Positions 9,320-18,370 of a stretch of DNA of 64,000 nucleotides are shown here, in pieces (positions within the stretch are counted from its first letter, which is position 1; each line of letters begins with the position of its first letter). The position numbers were made by a program, and so were the translations under genes. The notes beneath the pieces were generated by a model that saw only the letters and a list, made by a program, of their open reading frames with translations, had not been told where the DNA came from and did no database searches. The DNA is taken from the NCBI GenBank assembly GCA_048941285.1, contig JBHLNS010000012.1, positions 1 to 64,000 of the forward strand, written 5' to 3'. Source of the stretch: Promethearchaeota archaeon. Lineage in GTDB: Archaea; Asgardarchaeota; Lokiarchaeia; Sigyniarchaeales; SOKP01.

Positions 9320-11263
9320 CTAAAAATTAGCCTCTAAATGTTCAATCTCAGCTAAAAATAAATCCGCAATTGTAACCCATTTTTTTTTTTCGTCAATATC
9401 ACTTAAAATATTTTCTGTAAGTTCTTTGCCTTTCTTAAGATACTCTACTGCTTTTTTATAATTTTCTAGTTCTTTATAACAAATCCCTATTTTTATGTTA
9501 GTTTGATAAACATACCAATCATTACTACCAATTTTTATTGCTTTTAAGAATTCTTCAATAGCATTCTTATATTCCTTGAAAAACATTAGAATTTCACCAT
9601 AACTGTCATGATATACTGCATTATTAGGAACTCGCCCTATAAGGTCTTGTATAATTTTTATGGATTCTTCTTTTTGGTTTAAATATTGCAACCAAAAGGC
9701 CTTATAATTGAGAAGATCGTTGTCTTCTGGCTGCTTTTCAAGTAGTTGATCGATAATTTCTAACCCAGATTTTACATTTTTCATTTCTTTAAGTACATAC
9801 GCTCTTTTGACCTGAATACTTTTCTCTTCACCTGGAAATTCTAAAAGCATTTTATCTAGAAATTCTAACAATTGCTTATATTCACCTTTATCACGTAAAA
9901 TTTTACTCTTAGAAAAATAAAGATCAATATTTTTGGGATTTGATTTTATAATTTCGTCAATATCTTTAATAGTATTACTAACTTCACTTTTTCTTCCGTT
10001 AAATGTAAATTCATAATCTTGGATTTCTTGCCAAATTAAACCTTCTAACTTATCATATGTATCGACTAGCATTTTTTCTTTTTCAATTTTATATGCTAGA
10101 TAATTAATATAACCTGGTAAAAATTTACGTAAAGAATTTTTTAACCCGTTATCGAAAAGATTGCCACAACTTTCCTCCAAGATAGCTGCAACTGTACTTT
10201 CCATAGTAAATGGAGATATTTCATTAGGTGTAGCTCCATATAAATTATTCAAATAAGAAAACCTAGTAATGTGATCCTCTACAATTGCATTTAGCATCCG
10301 TTCTAATTTCTCATTTGCTTGAAAGTAATATACTTCATTTTCGCTAAGTTCCAATTTAAAAAATTTGATTGGAAAAATATCTTCTTCAACTATTCTTAGT
10401 ATAATAAAATTGAGTTTAACATAATTCAAATTATATTTTTTAGAAAAATCCTCTGAAGAAATATAAAAAGGATATTGATCCGGATGATTTATTGCTAGAA
10501 ATAATAAAATTTTATGAAATTCTTCTTCTATTTCTAAAGAAGATTCTACTTTTTCATATGGTAATTTTAGTACATTATTTAGAAAACGAAATTTTATATT
10601 TTCATCTTTTATCTTATATTTCTTAAAGAAGTTAATTGTAGTTTTGGTTATTTCTTTAATGCGTTTACCTTCTTCCTCAAGGATCGATTGTCTGTCTAAA
10701 TCATATAATCTTAACATATTTGAGTATTCTAATTTCCCTAGTTGGGTAATCCTATATTTTTTATCTTCTTTTTGGACATAGTCTTGATTTATTAACAAAT
10801 TCATGTTTTTTGATAATGAAGATTGATTTATCTTCAGTGGGGTGTTAAGAAAATCCGCCCATTTACAAAAATTATTATTAAATAACATCCAGAGGATCCA
10901 ATGATTATAGTTTCGCTTTCTAAGAATCGCACCAGGAGGAAAACTTAACTGTCTTCTTTTACCTTTAGATTGAGTTAATTCATAAAATCGATTTCTGCCT
11001 TTAGATGTAATTTGATATTTATTATAAGCACTTTTATTGATATAATCATTTTCAATTAAGGTTTTTAAATAATTATATAGAGTGGATTTGGAGAATATTT
11101 GGTTAGATTCCAAATTTTTAATTTCTAAAAAGTTAGCGCTTGAGCAAGATTCATTATTATTTAACATCCAAAGTATAATAAGTTCAAATTTAGGCTTACT
11201 AATCCTGGAAGGGGGTTCTAAAATTTCTTTGGGAGGATAATTGATTATGTTTGCATTAATCAA
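9320..11263 (-). CDS. Tandem winged-helix plus TPR protein, paralog of 4429-6330
   Basis: Same architecture. Shared blocks include INQSSLSKNMNLLI, YDLDRQSIL, INHPDQYP, YINYLAYKIE and IADLFLAEI. Confidence 0.8.
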   Translation of the reverse strand: MINANIINYPPKEILEPPSRISKPKFELIILWMLNNNESCSSANFLEIKNLESNQIFSKSTLYNYLKTLIENDYINKSAYNKYQITSKGRNRFYELTQSKGKRRQLSFPPGAILRKRNYNHWILWMLFNNNFCKWADFLNTPLKINQSSLSKNMNLLINQDYVQKEDKKYRITQLGKLEYSNMLRLYDLDRQSILEEEGKRIKEITKTTINFFKKYKIKDENIKFRFLNNVLKLPYEKVESSLEIEEEFHKILLFLAINHPDQYPFYISSEDFSKKYNLNYVKLNFIILRIVEEDIFPIKFFKLELSENEVYYFQANEKLERMLNAIVEDHITRFSYLNNLYGATPNEISPFTMESTVAAILEESCGNLFDNGLKNSLRKFLPGYINYLAYKIEKEKMLVDTYDKLEGLIWQEIQDYEFTFNGRKSEVSNTIKDIDEIIKSNPKNIDLYFSKSKILRDKGEYKQLLEFLDKMLLEFPGEEKSIQVKRAYVLKEMKNVKSGLEIIDQLLEKQPEDNDLLNYKAFWLQYLNQKEESIKIIQDLIGRVPNNAVYHDSYGEILMFFKEYKNAIEEFLKAIKIGSNDWYVYQTNIKIGICYKELENYKKAVEYLKKGKELTENILSDIDEKKKWVTIADLFLAEIEHLEANF

Positions 11264-11326
11264 GGTGGTCCCTAAATAAATTTTTTTATTATAAGTTTAC
11301 GGAGGAGAAAATTCTATAAAAATGTA

Positions 11327-11356
11327 TGGATTCCAAAACATTTATAGGAGTCCATA
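11327..11356. promoter_or_regulatory. Tandem palindromic GGA-n-TCC sites (candidate operator)
   Basis: TGGATTCCA at 11327-11335 and GGAGTCCA at 11347-11354. A similar TGGAGTCCA lies at 6632-6640, upstream of the paralogous regulator. Confidence 0.35.
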
Positions 11357-11486
11357 TAGAATTCAATACAAAAAACCATAAAAAAAAATCTAATCTAATA
11401 ATAAATCATACAAGAAAAATTAAATCACTAAATTGATCTTTTTAAAATTCTTTGAAGTTTCCCTATGAGATGAGGTAAAAAAAATA

Positions 11487-11680
11487 TGGGAGAGATGGGC
11501 AGCTAATTGAGGGAGAGATGGGCAATAGGTTTAACAGAGAGCTCTGTTGTTTGGGAAACAAACAACATTTTGAGCTCTCTATTCCTTAAATAACCTAAAC
11601 GAGAATAATCTAATAGTTCTAAAGAACAGAATAGAAAATATTCTAACCTAATTGGGCGAATAACTGCCCACAATCCCACT
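11487..11680 (-). ncRNA. Candidate structured non-coding RNA or cis-element, family unknown
   Basis: The two ends are complementary (11487-91 with 11674-78; 11496-502 with 11664-70). There is an 18-bp hairpin at 11536-11580 with a 4-nt bulge and a second hairpin at 11602-11644. C.A mismatches become G-U pairs on the minus strand, and a T8 tract follows on that strand. Confidence 0.5.
11488..11524 (+). repeat. 14-bp exact direct repeat GGGAGAGATGGGCA, two copies
   Basis: Copies at 11488-11501 and 11511-11524. Confidence 0.9.
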
Positions 11681-11839
11681 GTTTATGAATTAAAATATTA
11701 AAATCATTATAGATCACATTTTCTATAAAAGATATATTCTTTAAAAAAATCCAAAGATATGGTTAATCATAACGAATTTTAATTTAAAATTTTGGAATTT
11801 TTAGATATTAATTCTAATGGATTATTAAACTAATAAAAG

Positions 11840-11875
11840 AAAATTTTATATTTTTATAAATCTAATCTTACATTA
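11840..11875 (+). promoter_or_regulatory. Putative BRE/TATA promoter of small GTPase gene 2
   Basis: Same motif pair and spacing as 3794-3829. Confidence 0.6.
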
Positions 11876-11913
11876 AATAATATTCTCAAGTACTATTTGT
11901 GTAAAGCATTCTT

Positions 11914-12474
11914 ATGAGTGGTTCAGGGGCAAAATTTAATTTTAAAATAACTGTAGTTGGAGATGGAAGAGTTGGAAAAACATCTCTTATTAAGAAATTT
12001 ACACAAGGTGGATTTCAAGAGGATTATATCAAGACAATAGGGGCTCAGTTTTCTGTATTCCTAAAAGAAATCAATGATGACGATATTAAATTATTATTTT
12101 GGGATATTGCAGGTCAAGATGATTTCAATTTTTTGCGTCCATCTTTTTTTAAAAATAGTAGAGCTGCGATAATAGTATATAGTCTTGAGGAAAATGATCT
12201 TGGTGAAGAAAGTTTCAACCATATCTCAAATTGGTATAATGACATCATTCAATTTTGTGGTAAAATTCCTGTAGTTTTATTTGCTAATAAAGTCGATTTA
12301 ATTGATGAAAATAGTTTAGATACATCAATTATTCAAAAAATAGTAAATAAACATAAATTTTTAGACTATTATATAACCTCAGCAAAAACAGGAAAAGGTG
12401 TCGTTGATGCATTTAATGCAATTATTAATGTATTATATGAGAAATATAAAGCTTTATCATCTGATATGGAATGA
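11914..12474 (+). CDS. Rab/Ras-like small GTPase, paralog of 3867-4421
   Basis: GDGRVGKT, YIKTIG, WDIAGQ, NKVD and TSAK motifs. Shares the E.NDLGEESF insert with the paralog. Confidence 0.95.
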   Translation: MSGSGAKFNFKITVVGDGRVGKTSLIKKFTQGGFQEDYIKTIGAQFSVFLKEINDDDIKLLFWDIAGQDDFNFLRPSFFKNSRAAIIVYSLEENDLGEESFNHISNWYNDIIQFCGKIPVVLFANKVDLIDENSLDTSIIQKIVNKHKFLDYYITSAKTGKGVVDAFNAIINVLYEKYKALSSDME

Positions 12475-12721
12475 TCTAATTCATCAGGGGAAAAATTCTG
12501 TATGAAATCACTTTTTTTATAAATTGGATATAAAATTTCCCTGATTTTCTAACACCGCCAAGTACATTTTTAATTAAATAACTAAAATCCTTTTAACATT
12601 TGTCCAATATAAGTCTGAGATTCCAATTAAAGTTCAGTACAGTAAACTAAAAATACAATCTTGATCTAATTATATTTATAGTCCAACATAAGAAAAATTG
12701 TTGTTAAGGAGGTGTTGAAAT

Positions 12722-12988
12722 CTGACTGAGAGTAAGCAAAATATAGTTTCCAATTTTAAGGAATTCTTCTATATATTTTACAAAGAAGAAGCCAAAGAAG
12801 AATTGAAGGATGTAAAAGAAAATACTCAATTTAAGGAATTTAAGACTTTAAATAAAAAAAGTGCTTCTACTAATAATGAAGTAGACCTTATAGAGAAGAA
12901 GAGGGCATTAAAAAGATGGAAACAATCTTTTAGTTATTATTGTTTGCATCCTGATAAATTCAGGTTTGGAATAAAAGATTTAAAATAA
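12722..12988 (+). CDS. Small hypothetical protein (about 88 aa if it starts at CTG 12722)
   Basis: AGGAGGTG Shine-Dalgarno 7 nt before an in-frame CTG, with an in-frame TGA just upstream. The ORF track starts it at TTG 12803. Confidence 0.55.
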   Translation: MTESKQNIVSNFKEFFYIFYKEEAKEELKDVKENTQFKEFKTLNKKSASTNNEVDLIEKKRALKRWKQSFSYYCLHPDKFRFGIKDLK

Positions 12989-13010
12989 CAAAATGGGGGG
13001 TGTATGAAAA

Positions 13011-13265
13011 ATGGTCCAAGTTTTAGATAAAAATAAAGAACTTAAGCATAGTCTAGTTTTGGAAGAAATTATAATTTTAGAAGAACTCCCTATAGAAGGG
13101 GAGTATGTCGAGGAATCTAAAGTTATCGAACATAAGAAACCACCAAAAAGAGTTTTATCAAAATTATTAAAAAAAGCAAAATTAAACGCTAATTATCTTA
13201 AAGAAATAGAAAGAATTGAAGATGTAAAAAACAAATTGAATTATAGAAATCGAGCAATTTTCTAG
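13011..13265 (+). CDS. Small hypothetical protein (84 aa)
   Basis: GGGGGTG Shine-Dalgarno-like sequence, ATG start, and co-directional with the previous ORF. Confidence 0.6.
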   Translation: MVQVLDKNKELKHSLVLEEIIILEELPIEGEYVEESKVIEHKKPPKRVLSKLLKKAKLNANYLKEIERIEDVKNKLNYRNRAIF

Positions 13266-13446
13266 AATTTTAATCTTAAGCCTTTTATTTTAAAAAAATA
13301 TAAATAAAAAAATGTAGAAAATCTATCAGTAATATTTTTTCTTTAATCTTTTTCTGAGAAGAATTAGGAAGTTTTTAAATATGACCTAACCATTTATTAA
13401 TATAGCAATTTTAAAGCGAAATCTAAAATTAATAGAGGTTATAAAA

Positions 13447-13674
13447 ATGAGTAAAAATTTAGAAGAAATAATTAATCAAAAATTTGGAGAAACTTACGGT
13501 CCAAAAATTAAGAAAGCATTGAAAGATGGATTAGAAGCTAATGATACTGAAGAACAATTGAAAAAGCGCTTATTGGGGGCTATTATTGACCCAACCCAAG
13601 TTAATCAAGAGCAAGCTAACGCAGTTTTCGATCTTGTTATTGTAGCTGAATGGATCACTTTTCGATCTCTATAG
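13447..13674 (+). CDS. 75-aa peptide, candidate RiPP precursor
   Basis: AGAGGT Shine-Dalgarno. Charged, helical-looking N-terminal region and a hydrophobic tail AVFDLVIVAEWITFRSL. Lies directly upstream of the radical SAM gene. Confidence 0.6.
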   Translation: MSKNLEEIINQKFGETYGPKIKKALKDGLEANDTEEQLKKRLLGAIIDPTQVNQEQANAVFDLVIVAEWITFRSL

Positions 13675-13746
13675 AAATAACTCCCATTTTTCTTTTTATA
13701 ATTTTTTCTTTTTGGATTAAGAAATTTCTAAAATTAGATTTTACAT

Positions 13747-16014
13747 GTGTATTTGAAATGTAATATTATAAGTGAATTTCTATTGAATGAGAATTATCTG
13801 GATATACTGATGGTTTTTCCTTCTGGTGGAGATTTTTATGTTCCTAATTTTACCTACAATTTAGGTGCAGCATATATAATAGCATATTTAAGGAAAAATG
13901 GATATGCTGCTGAACAGTTCATTGCAAATCAATCTTACAATGTAGAAGAATGCGTTAAATTATTATTAAAGTATAATCCAAAAATTATTGGTTTTACTGT
14001 TTATGATAGTAATTATATGCAATGTGCTTTGATAAGTAATGGATTGAAAGCCGTTAATTCTGAAGTTCTTATCATTTTTGGAGGACCTACTCCTAGTGTG
14101 CAATCTAGACAAATTTTAGAAAGAGTGAAAAGCGTTGATATCTGTGTTAAATGGGAAGGGGAGGAAACACTTCTTTCATTATTAAACCAATTATCACAAA
14201 ATGAATTCAAATTAAAAAATGTCGCTCTATTAAATATTAAAGGTATCTCATTTAGGATTGAAGGTAAAATTGTTATAAATCCTGATTCTCATGTGTTATT
14301 GCAAAATAGGTCCATCGATAATTATTTAGACAATTATCCATCTCCTTATCTTACAAAAATAATTCCAACTTCAGAAGCAGCCCGCACGGGGATGATCACT
14401 GCAAGAGGTTGTAATCAAAATTGTATTTATTGCAATAGTGCGGTTATCAGCAATAGAAACATCTTCTTTCATTCAATAGATAGAGTTATTGAAGAGTTGG
14501 AACTTCTCAATAAAAATTCAGATTTTATCGGGCCTGTTCCAATTATGGATGATGCTTTTACAATAATCCCAGATAGAGCAAGAAAGATATGTGAAAAAAT
14601 AATTGAAAATAAGATTAATATTCCATTAAGCTTCATAACTCGATGTGACAAGATTACTGAAGATTTACTAGACCTTATGAAGCAAGCGGGCTTTATGTCT
14701 GTTGGATTCTCTCTAGAAAGTGCTGTTCCGAGGGTCTTAAGAACGCTAGGCAAGGTAAATCCTCCAGATAGCAAAACAGATTTTAACAAGGAGAAGGAAT
14801 TCATTGAAAGATTGAAAAGAATGACTAGTTATGCGAAAAAGATAGGGTTTAGCCCCGTATTTGTCAGTATAATGGTAGGTTTACCTGGTGAATCACTTAA
14901 AGATGCAAAAAAAACAATGAAGCTAGTAAGTCAATTAAACATGGATTTCTATGCCCATAATTATCTACATATTTTTCAGGGGACTCCTCTCTATCAAAAT
15001 CATTTAAAATATGGATACGAAATAACTCCATGGGGGAAAAATAATAACGTCATAACACATAATAACTTCCCATTTGATATCAACAAGATAAAATTAGCAC
15101 CAAAATCTGAAATGGAGAGTAATCGTAAGGTTATTGATTATAAAAATCAAAAAATAATGTCATTAAAACCCAAACGAGTGGATTTGAAACCTTATTTTGA
15201 TAATGTAATTATTAACTCAGATATTATAAAGGATAATTTAGTCAAATGGATACAAGATAACCTTAAAATAAATGGAACAATCATTCATCTTTATTCAAAT
15301 AGAAAGAATTTCGACAAAAATAATATAAAAAATAATCAGGTCCTATATAACGATTTATCACCAACTATGTTTTATGAATGCTACTTCAGGGAATATTCAA
15401 GGAAAAAGTCTATTTTCAAATCAAAGATAATATCTTCATTAGGTGATCAAATTGGTTTATCTATTGTATTAAAAAACACTAATGTAGCTTTAGAAGAATA
15501 CAAAATAGGTAAAACTAATATGGAAAACACAATTTGTATAGATCGCGATGTTATTGACAGCCAATCACTTTACAATTATTTAATTAGGGTATTCAATAGT
15601 AAGGATCGTCTTAATTATTTACTAAAAAGCGCTCCATTGCCTCACTTTCAAAGTTTATGCAGATGGACCAGTGCCTACGCAAATTGTAAAAAATTAGAAA
15701 CAGTAATTATAGATCATGAAGACAATGTTAGATTTTGCTGGCAAATGGACCCAATCGGAAAAGTGGGAGATAATTTTAATAAAATCATAGAAAAATTACT
15801 CCAAATACATGAGGAACAAGTAAAAATAAGAGAATGTATTAGTTGTATTAGATATGAGACTTGTATAAAATGTCCATTTACTAACCCTTTATCAATTGAG
15901 GAATATTGCGAATTGAAACGTAAAAATAATACAATCAAATCCACTAAAATAATTAATTCTGTTGATATATTAAAAGATTTAATGTATAAGCAGATTAATC
16001 GATTTGATTTCTAA
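13747..16014 (+). CDS. B12-binding radical SAM protein with C-terminal SPASM-like Cys-rich domain
   Basis: Cobalamin-binding N-domain (NLGAAYIIAYLR, IIGFTVYD, IIFGGPTP, GEET). Radical SAM motif ARGCNQNCIYC and IMVGLPGE. C-terminal CRW..C..IID..NVRFC..PIGKV..CISC..TCIKC..YC. Confidence 0.88.
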   Translation: MYLKCNIISEFLLNENYLDILMVFPSGGDFYVPNFTYNLGAAYIIAYLRKNGYAAEQFIANQSYNVEECVKLLLKYNPKIIGFTVYDSNYMQCALISNGLKAVNSEVLIIFGGPTPSVQSRQILERVKSVDICVKWEGEETLLSLLNQLSQNEFKLKNVALLNIKGISFRIEGKIVINPDSHVLLQNRSIDNYLDNYPSPYLTKIIPTSEAARTGMITARGCNQNCIYCNSAVISNRNIFFHSIDRVIEELELLNKNSDFIGPVPIMDDAFTIIPDRARKICEKIIENKINIPLSFITRCDKITEDLLDLMKQAGFMSVGFSLESAVPRVLRTLGKVNPPDSKTDFNKEKEFIERLKRMTSYAKKIGFSPVFVSIMVGLPGESLKDAKKTMKLVSQLNMDFYAHNYLHIFQGTPLYQNHLKYGYEITPWGKNNNVITHNNFPFDINKIKLAPKSEMESNRKVIDYKNQKIMSLKPKRVDLKPYFDNVIINSDIIKDNLVKWIQDNLKINGTIIHLYSNRKNFDKNNIKNNQVLYNDLSPTMFYECYFREYSRKKSIFKSKIISSLGDQIGLSIVLKNTNVALEEYKIGKTNMENTICIDRDVIDSQSLYNYLIRVFNSKDRLNYLLKSAPLPHFQSLCRWTSAYANCKKLETVIIDHEDNVRFCWQMDPIGKVGDNFNKIIEKLLQIHEEQVKIRECISCIRYETCIKCPFTNPLSIEEYCELKRKNNTIKSTKIINSVDILKDLMYKQINRFDF

Positions 16015-16190
16015 TTAATTTATAAAATAAATATTTATATTTGAAAGAGAGATGAAGAAAAATGATTACTACAAAGTCTTTTAAACCAATTTTTCTTCTT
16101 TTTTCAAAAGAGTTCGAAAAATTTTTGTATTTAAAATTTCGAGATATCCATTAATTCAAATACTTGTGAGAAAAAAGGGAGATAATAAAA

Positions 16191-18266
16191 TTGCTTGATT
16201 CGAGTCTCAATGAATTAACCTCTATAGAACAATTAATATATAAATGCAAATTTAAACAGGCGCTTGAAAGAGTTGCACACTTCGAGAAGAAAAAAGAGAT
16301 TTCTTTAAAAGAAAAACTCTCAGCACTTATTTTAAAAGGGAAGATATATTATTTTAATGAACAGTATAAAAATGCTGTAGAAGTTGGTGAACTTGCTTAC
16401 AATTTGAGTCAAAAGTTAGGTATTGTTACTGAAACTATTAATGCTCTCTTAATTAAAGCACAAATTGTATTCACCGGAAAATTGGGAGAAGCACATAACT
16501 ATATTGAAGAAGCTGAAAATCTAATTAATCCCCTTATAAATAATTCCTCCTTTGATATTATTGAACAACAAGCAGATTTAATATTAATAAAATCTATAAT
16601 TTATCGCATTAGTAATGATCTTAACAAAGCATTAGAGCTAGCTTTAAAATGGCTTGAACTGAAGGAGAAAACAAGTAAAAAGCTCGAAACTTCACGCATT
16701 TATTGGCAACTGGGAGAAATCTTCCTTTATAAATCTGAACCTAATAGGGCTTTAGATTATGCTAAAAAAAGTTTAACAATTCAAAAGGAATTAAATAATC
16801 CTGTTGGTATTGCTACAAGTTTAAATCTAGTTGGTCTTACCTATTATAGTAAAGGTAACTTTAATCAGGCGTTAAAGTTTTGTAAGCAGAGTCTTACAAT
16901 TAAAGAAATAAGTGTTCGGACTAAAATTGATGCTTTACATAATTTAGGTGCTATCTACAAAGAAATGGGTGAGATAAATAGAACTCTACGGTATTATAAT
17001 AGAGCAATTGCACTTGCAGAAAAAGAAGATTATACTGAAAATTATATCATCAATGTTTTAGGAATTGGGACGATCTATAGAATGAAAGGAGAATATGTTA
17101 GAGCAATAGAATATTTTAAACATAGTTTAAAACTTTCTAAAAAAATCAAATCTCTATATGGAATGAGCGCTACCCTTTTTTATTTGGTATTAATTAGTAT
17201 TGATTTAAATAAACATCAGGAAGCACAGATATATGTATCTCAATTAGATGAACTCGCGACTCAAACAGGCAGTAATATATTTAAACAAGCCAATATTATT
17301 GCGAAGGCGTTAATCTTAAAGAAAAGTGGTCGCATAAGGAACCATACTGAAGCTGAAATGTTACTAAAAAAAATAACTGAAAAAGAAATAGCTACTCCTC
17401 AGTTGTATCTATTAGCATTTGTTAATTTATGTGAGTTATTCTTAAATGAGATGTCTATTACTAATAGTATGGATGCTTTGGATGAATTGAATCCATTACT
17501 TACACGTATATCTAAAATAGCAGAAAAACAAAATGCCTATTTATGGTTGGCAGAAATAAAACTCTTGCAAGCAAAACTTGCCTTAATTCAGATGAAAATC
17601 AAGGATGCTAAACAATTATTAACTTATTCTCAACAGATCGCGGAGATCCATGGTCTTAACTTGCTAGCGGTAAAAATCTCAAGCGAACATGATAATCTAT
17701 TAGATCAATTAAACGTATGGGACAATCTTGAGAAACAAAACGCTCCGTTAGCAGATAGAATAAAACTAGCATCTTTTGAAAGTGTTATTAATCGGATGCA
17801 GGGAAAAAGTGTTGTAGATCCTCCAAAATTAATTCATGAAATACCAGTCTTACTATTAATTATTGGGGAAGGAGGATTTCCTTTATTTTCTAATTCTTTT
17901 ACGAAAGAAATAGATTTTGAAGGTGATCTTATAAGTGGATTTTTAAGCGCATTCGATTCATTCAGTGGAGAACTTTTTGCGAAAAGGCTTGACCGAGCTA
18001 AATTTGGTGATTACATAATACTTATGCAAGCAGCTAATCCTTTTTCATTCTGCTATTTATTCAAAGGACAGACATATTTAGCTAGACAAAAATTAAAAAA
18101 ATTTGTTGATTCAATACAAAACTCGCAGAAAATTTGGGAGACAATAAATAATTATTATACTACTAATCGGGTCGTCGAACTAAAAGATCATCCTTCTATT
18201 GAGTTATTAATAAATGAGATTTTTATTAGAAAAATTCCTAAATTGATTGGAGATCAATCCTATTAA
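16191..18266 (+). CDS. TPR-repeat protein with C-terminal longin-like domain (third, more diverged paralog)
   Basis: Several TPRs. C-terminal PVLLLIIGEGGFPLFS...LISGFLSAFDSF...LDRAKFG...FCYLFKGQTY. Confidence 0.87.
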   Translation: MLDSSLNELTSIEQLIYKCKFKQALERVAHFEKKKEISLKEKLSALILKGKIYYFNEQYKNAVEVGELAYNLSQKLGIVTETINALLIKAQIVFTGKLGEAHNYIEEAENLINPLINNSSFDIIEQQADLILIKSIIYRISNDLNKALELALKWLELKEKTSKKLETSRIYWQLGEIFLYKSEPNRALDYAKKSLTIQKELNNPVGIATSLNLVGLTYYSKGNFNQALKFCKQSLTIKEISVRTKIDALHNLGAIYKEMGEINRTLRYYNRAIALAEKEDYTENYIINVLGIGTIYRMKGEYVRAIEYFKHSLKLSKKIKSLYGMSATLFYLVLISIDLNKHQEAQIYVSQLDELATQTGSNIFKQANIIAKALILKKSGRIRNHTEAEMLLKKITEKEIATPQLYLLAFVNLCELFLNEMSITNSMDALDELNPLLTRISKIAEKQNAYLWLAEIKLLQAKLALIQMKIKDAKQLLTYSQQIAEIHGLNLLAVKISSEHDNLLDQLNVWDNLEKQNAPLADRIKLASFESVINRMQGKSVVDPPKLIHEIPVLLLIIGEGGFPLFSNSFTKEIDFEGDLISGFLSAFDSFSGELFAKRLDRAKFGDYIILMQAANPFSFCYLFKGQTYLARQKLKKFVDSIQNSQKIWETINNYYTTNRVVELKDHPSIELLINEIFIRKIPKLIGDQSY

Positions 18267-18370
18267 AAAGGAAGATCTTGACTTTTTTATCTTAAACATT
18301 GAATTTATAATTCAATATCTATTTACTAGTATGTGTTAATTATAACTTAATTAAATAATATACAAAGTGA

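Noticed and set aside
11488-11524. Direct repeat read as a mini-CRISPR array
   Set aside because: Only two 14-bp units with a 9-bp spacer, and no cas genes.
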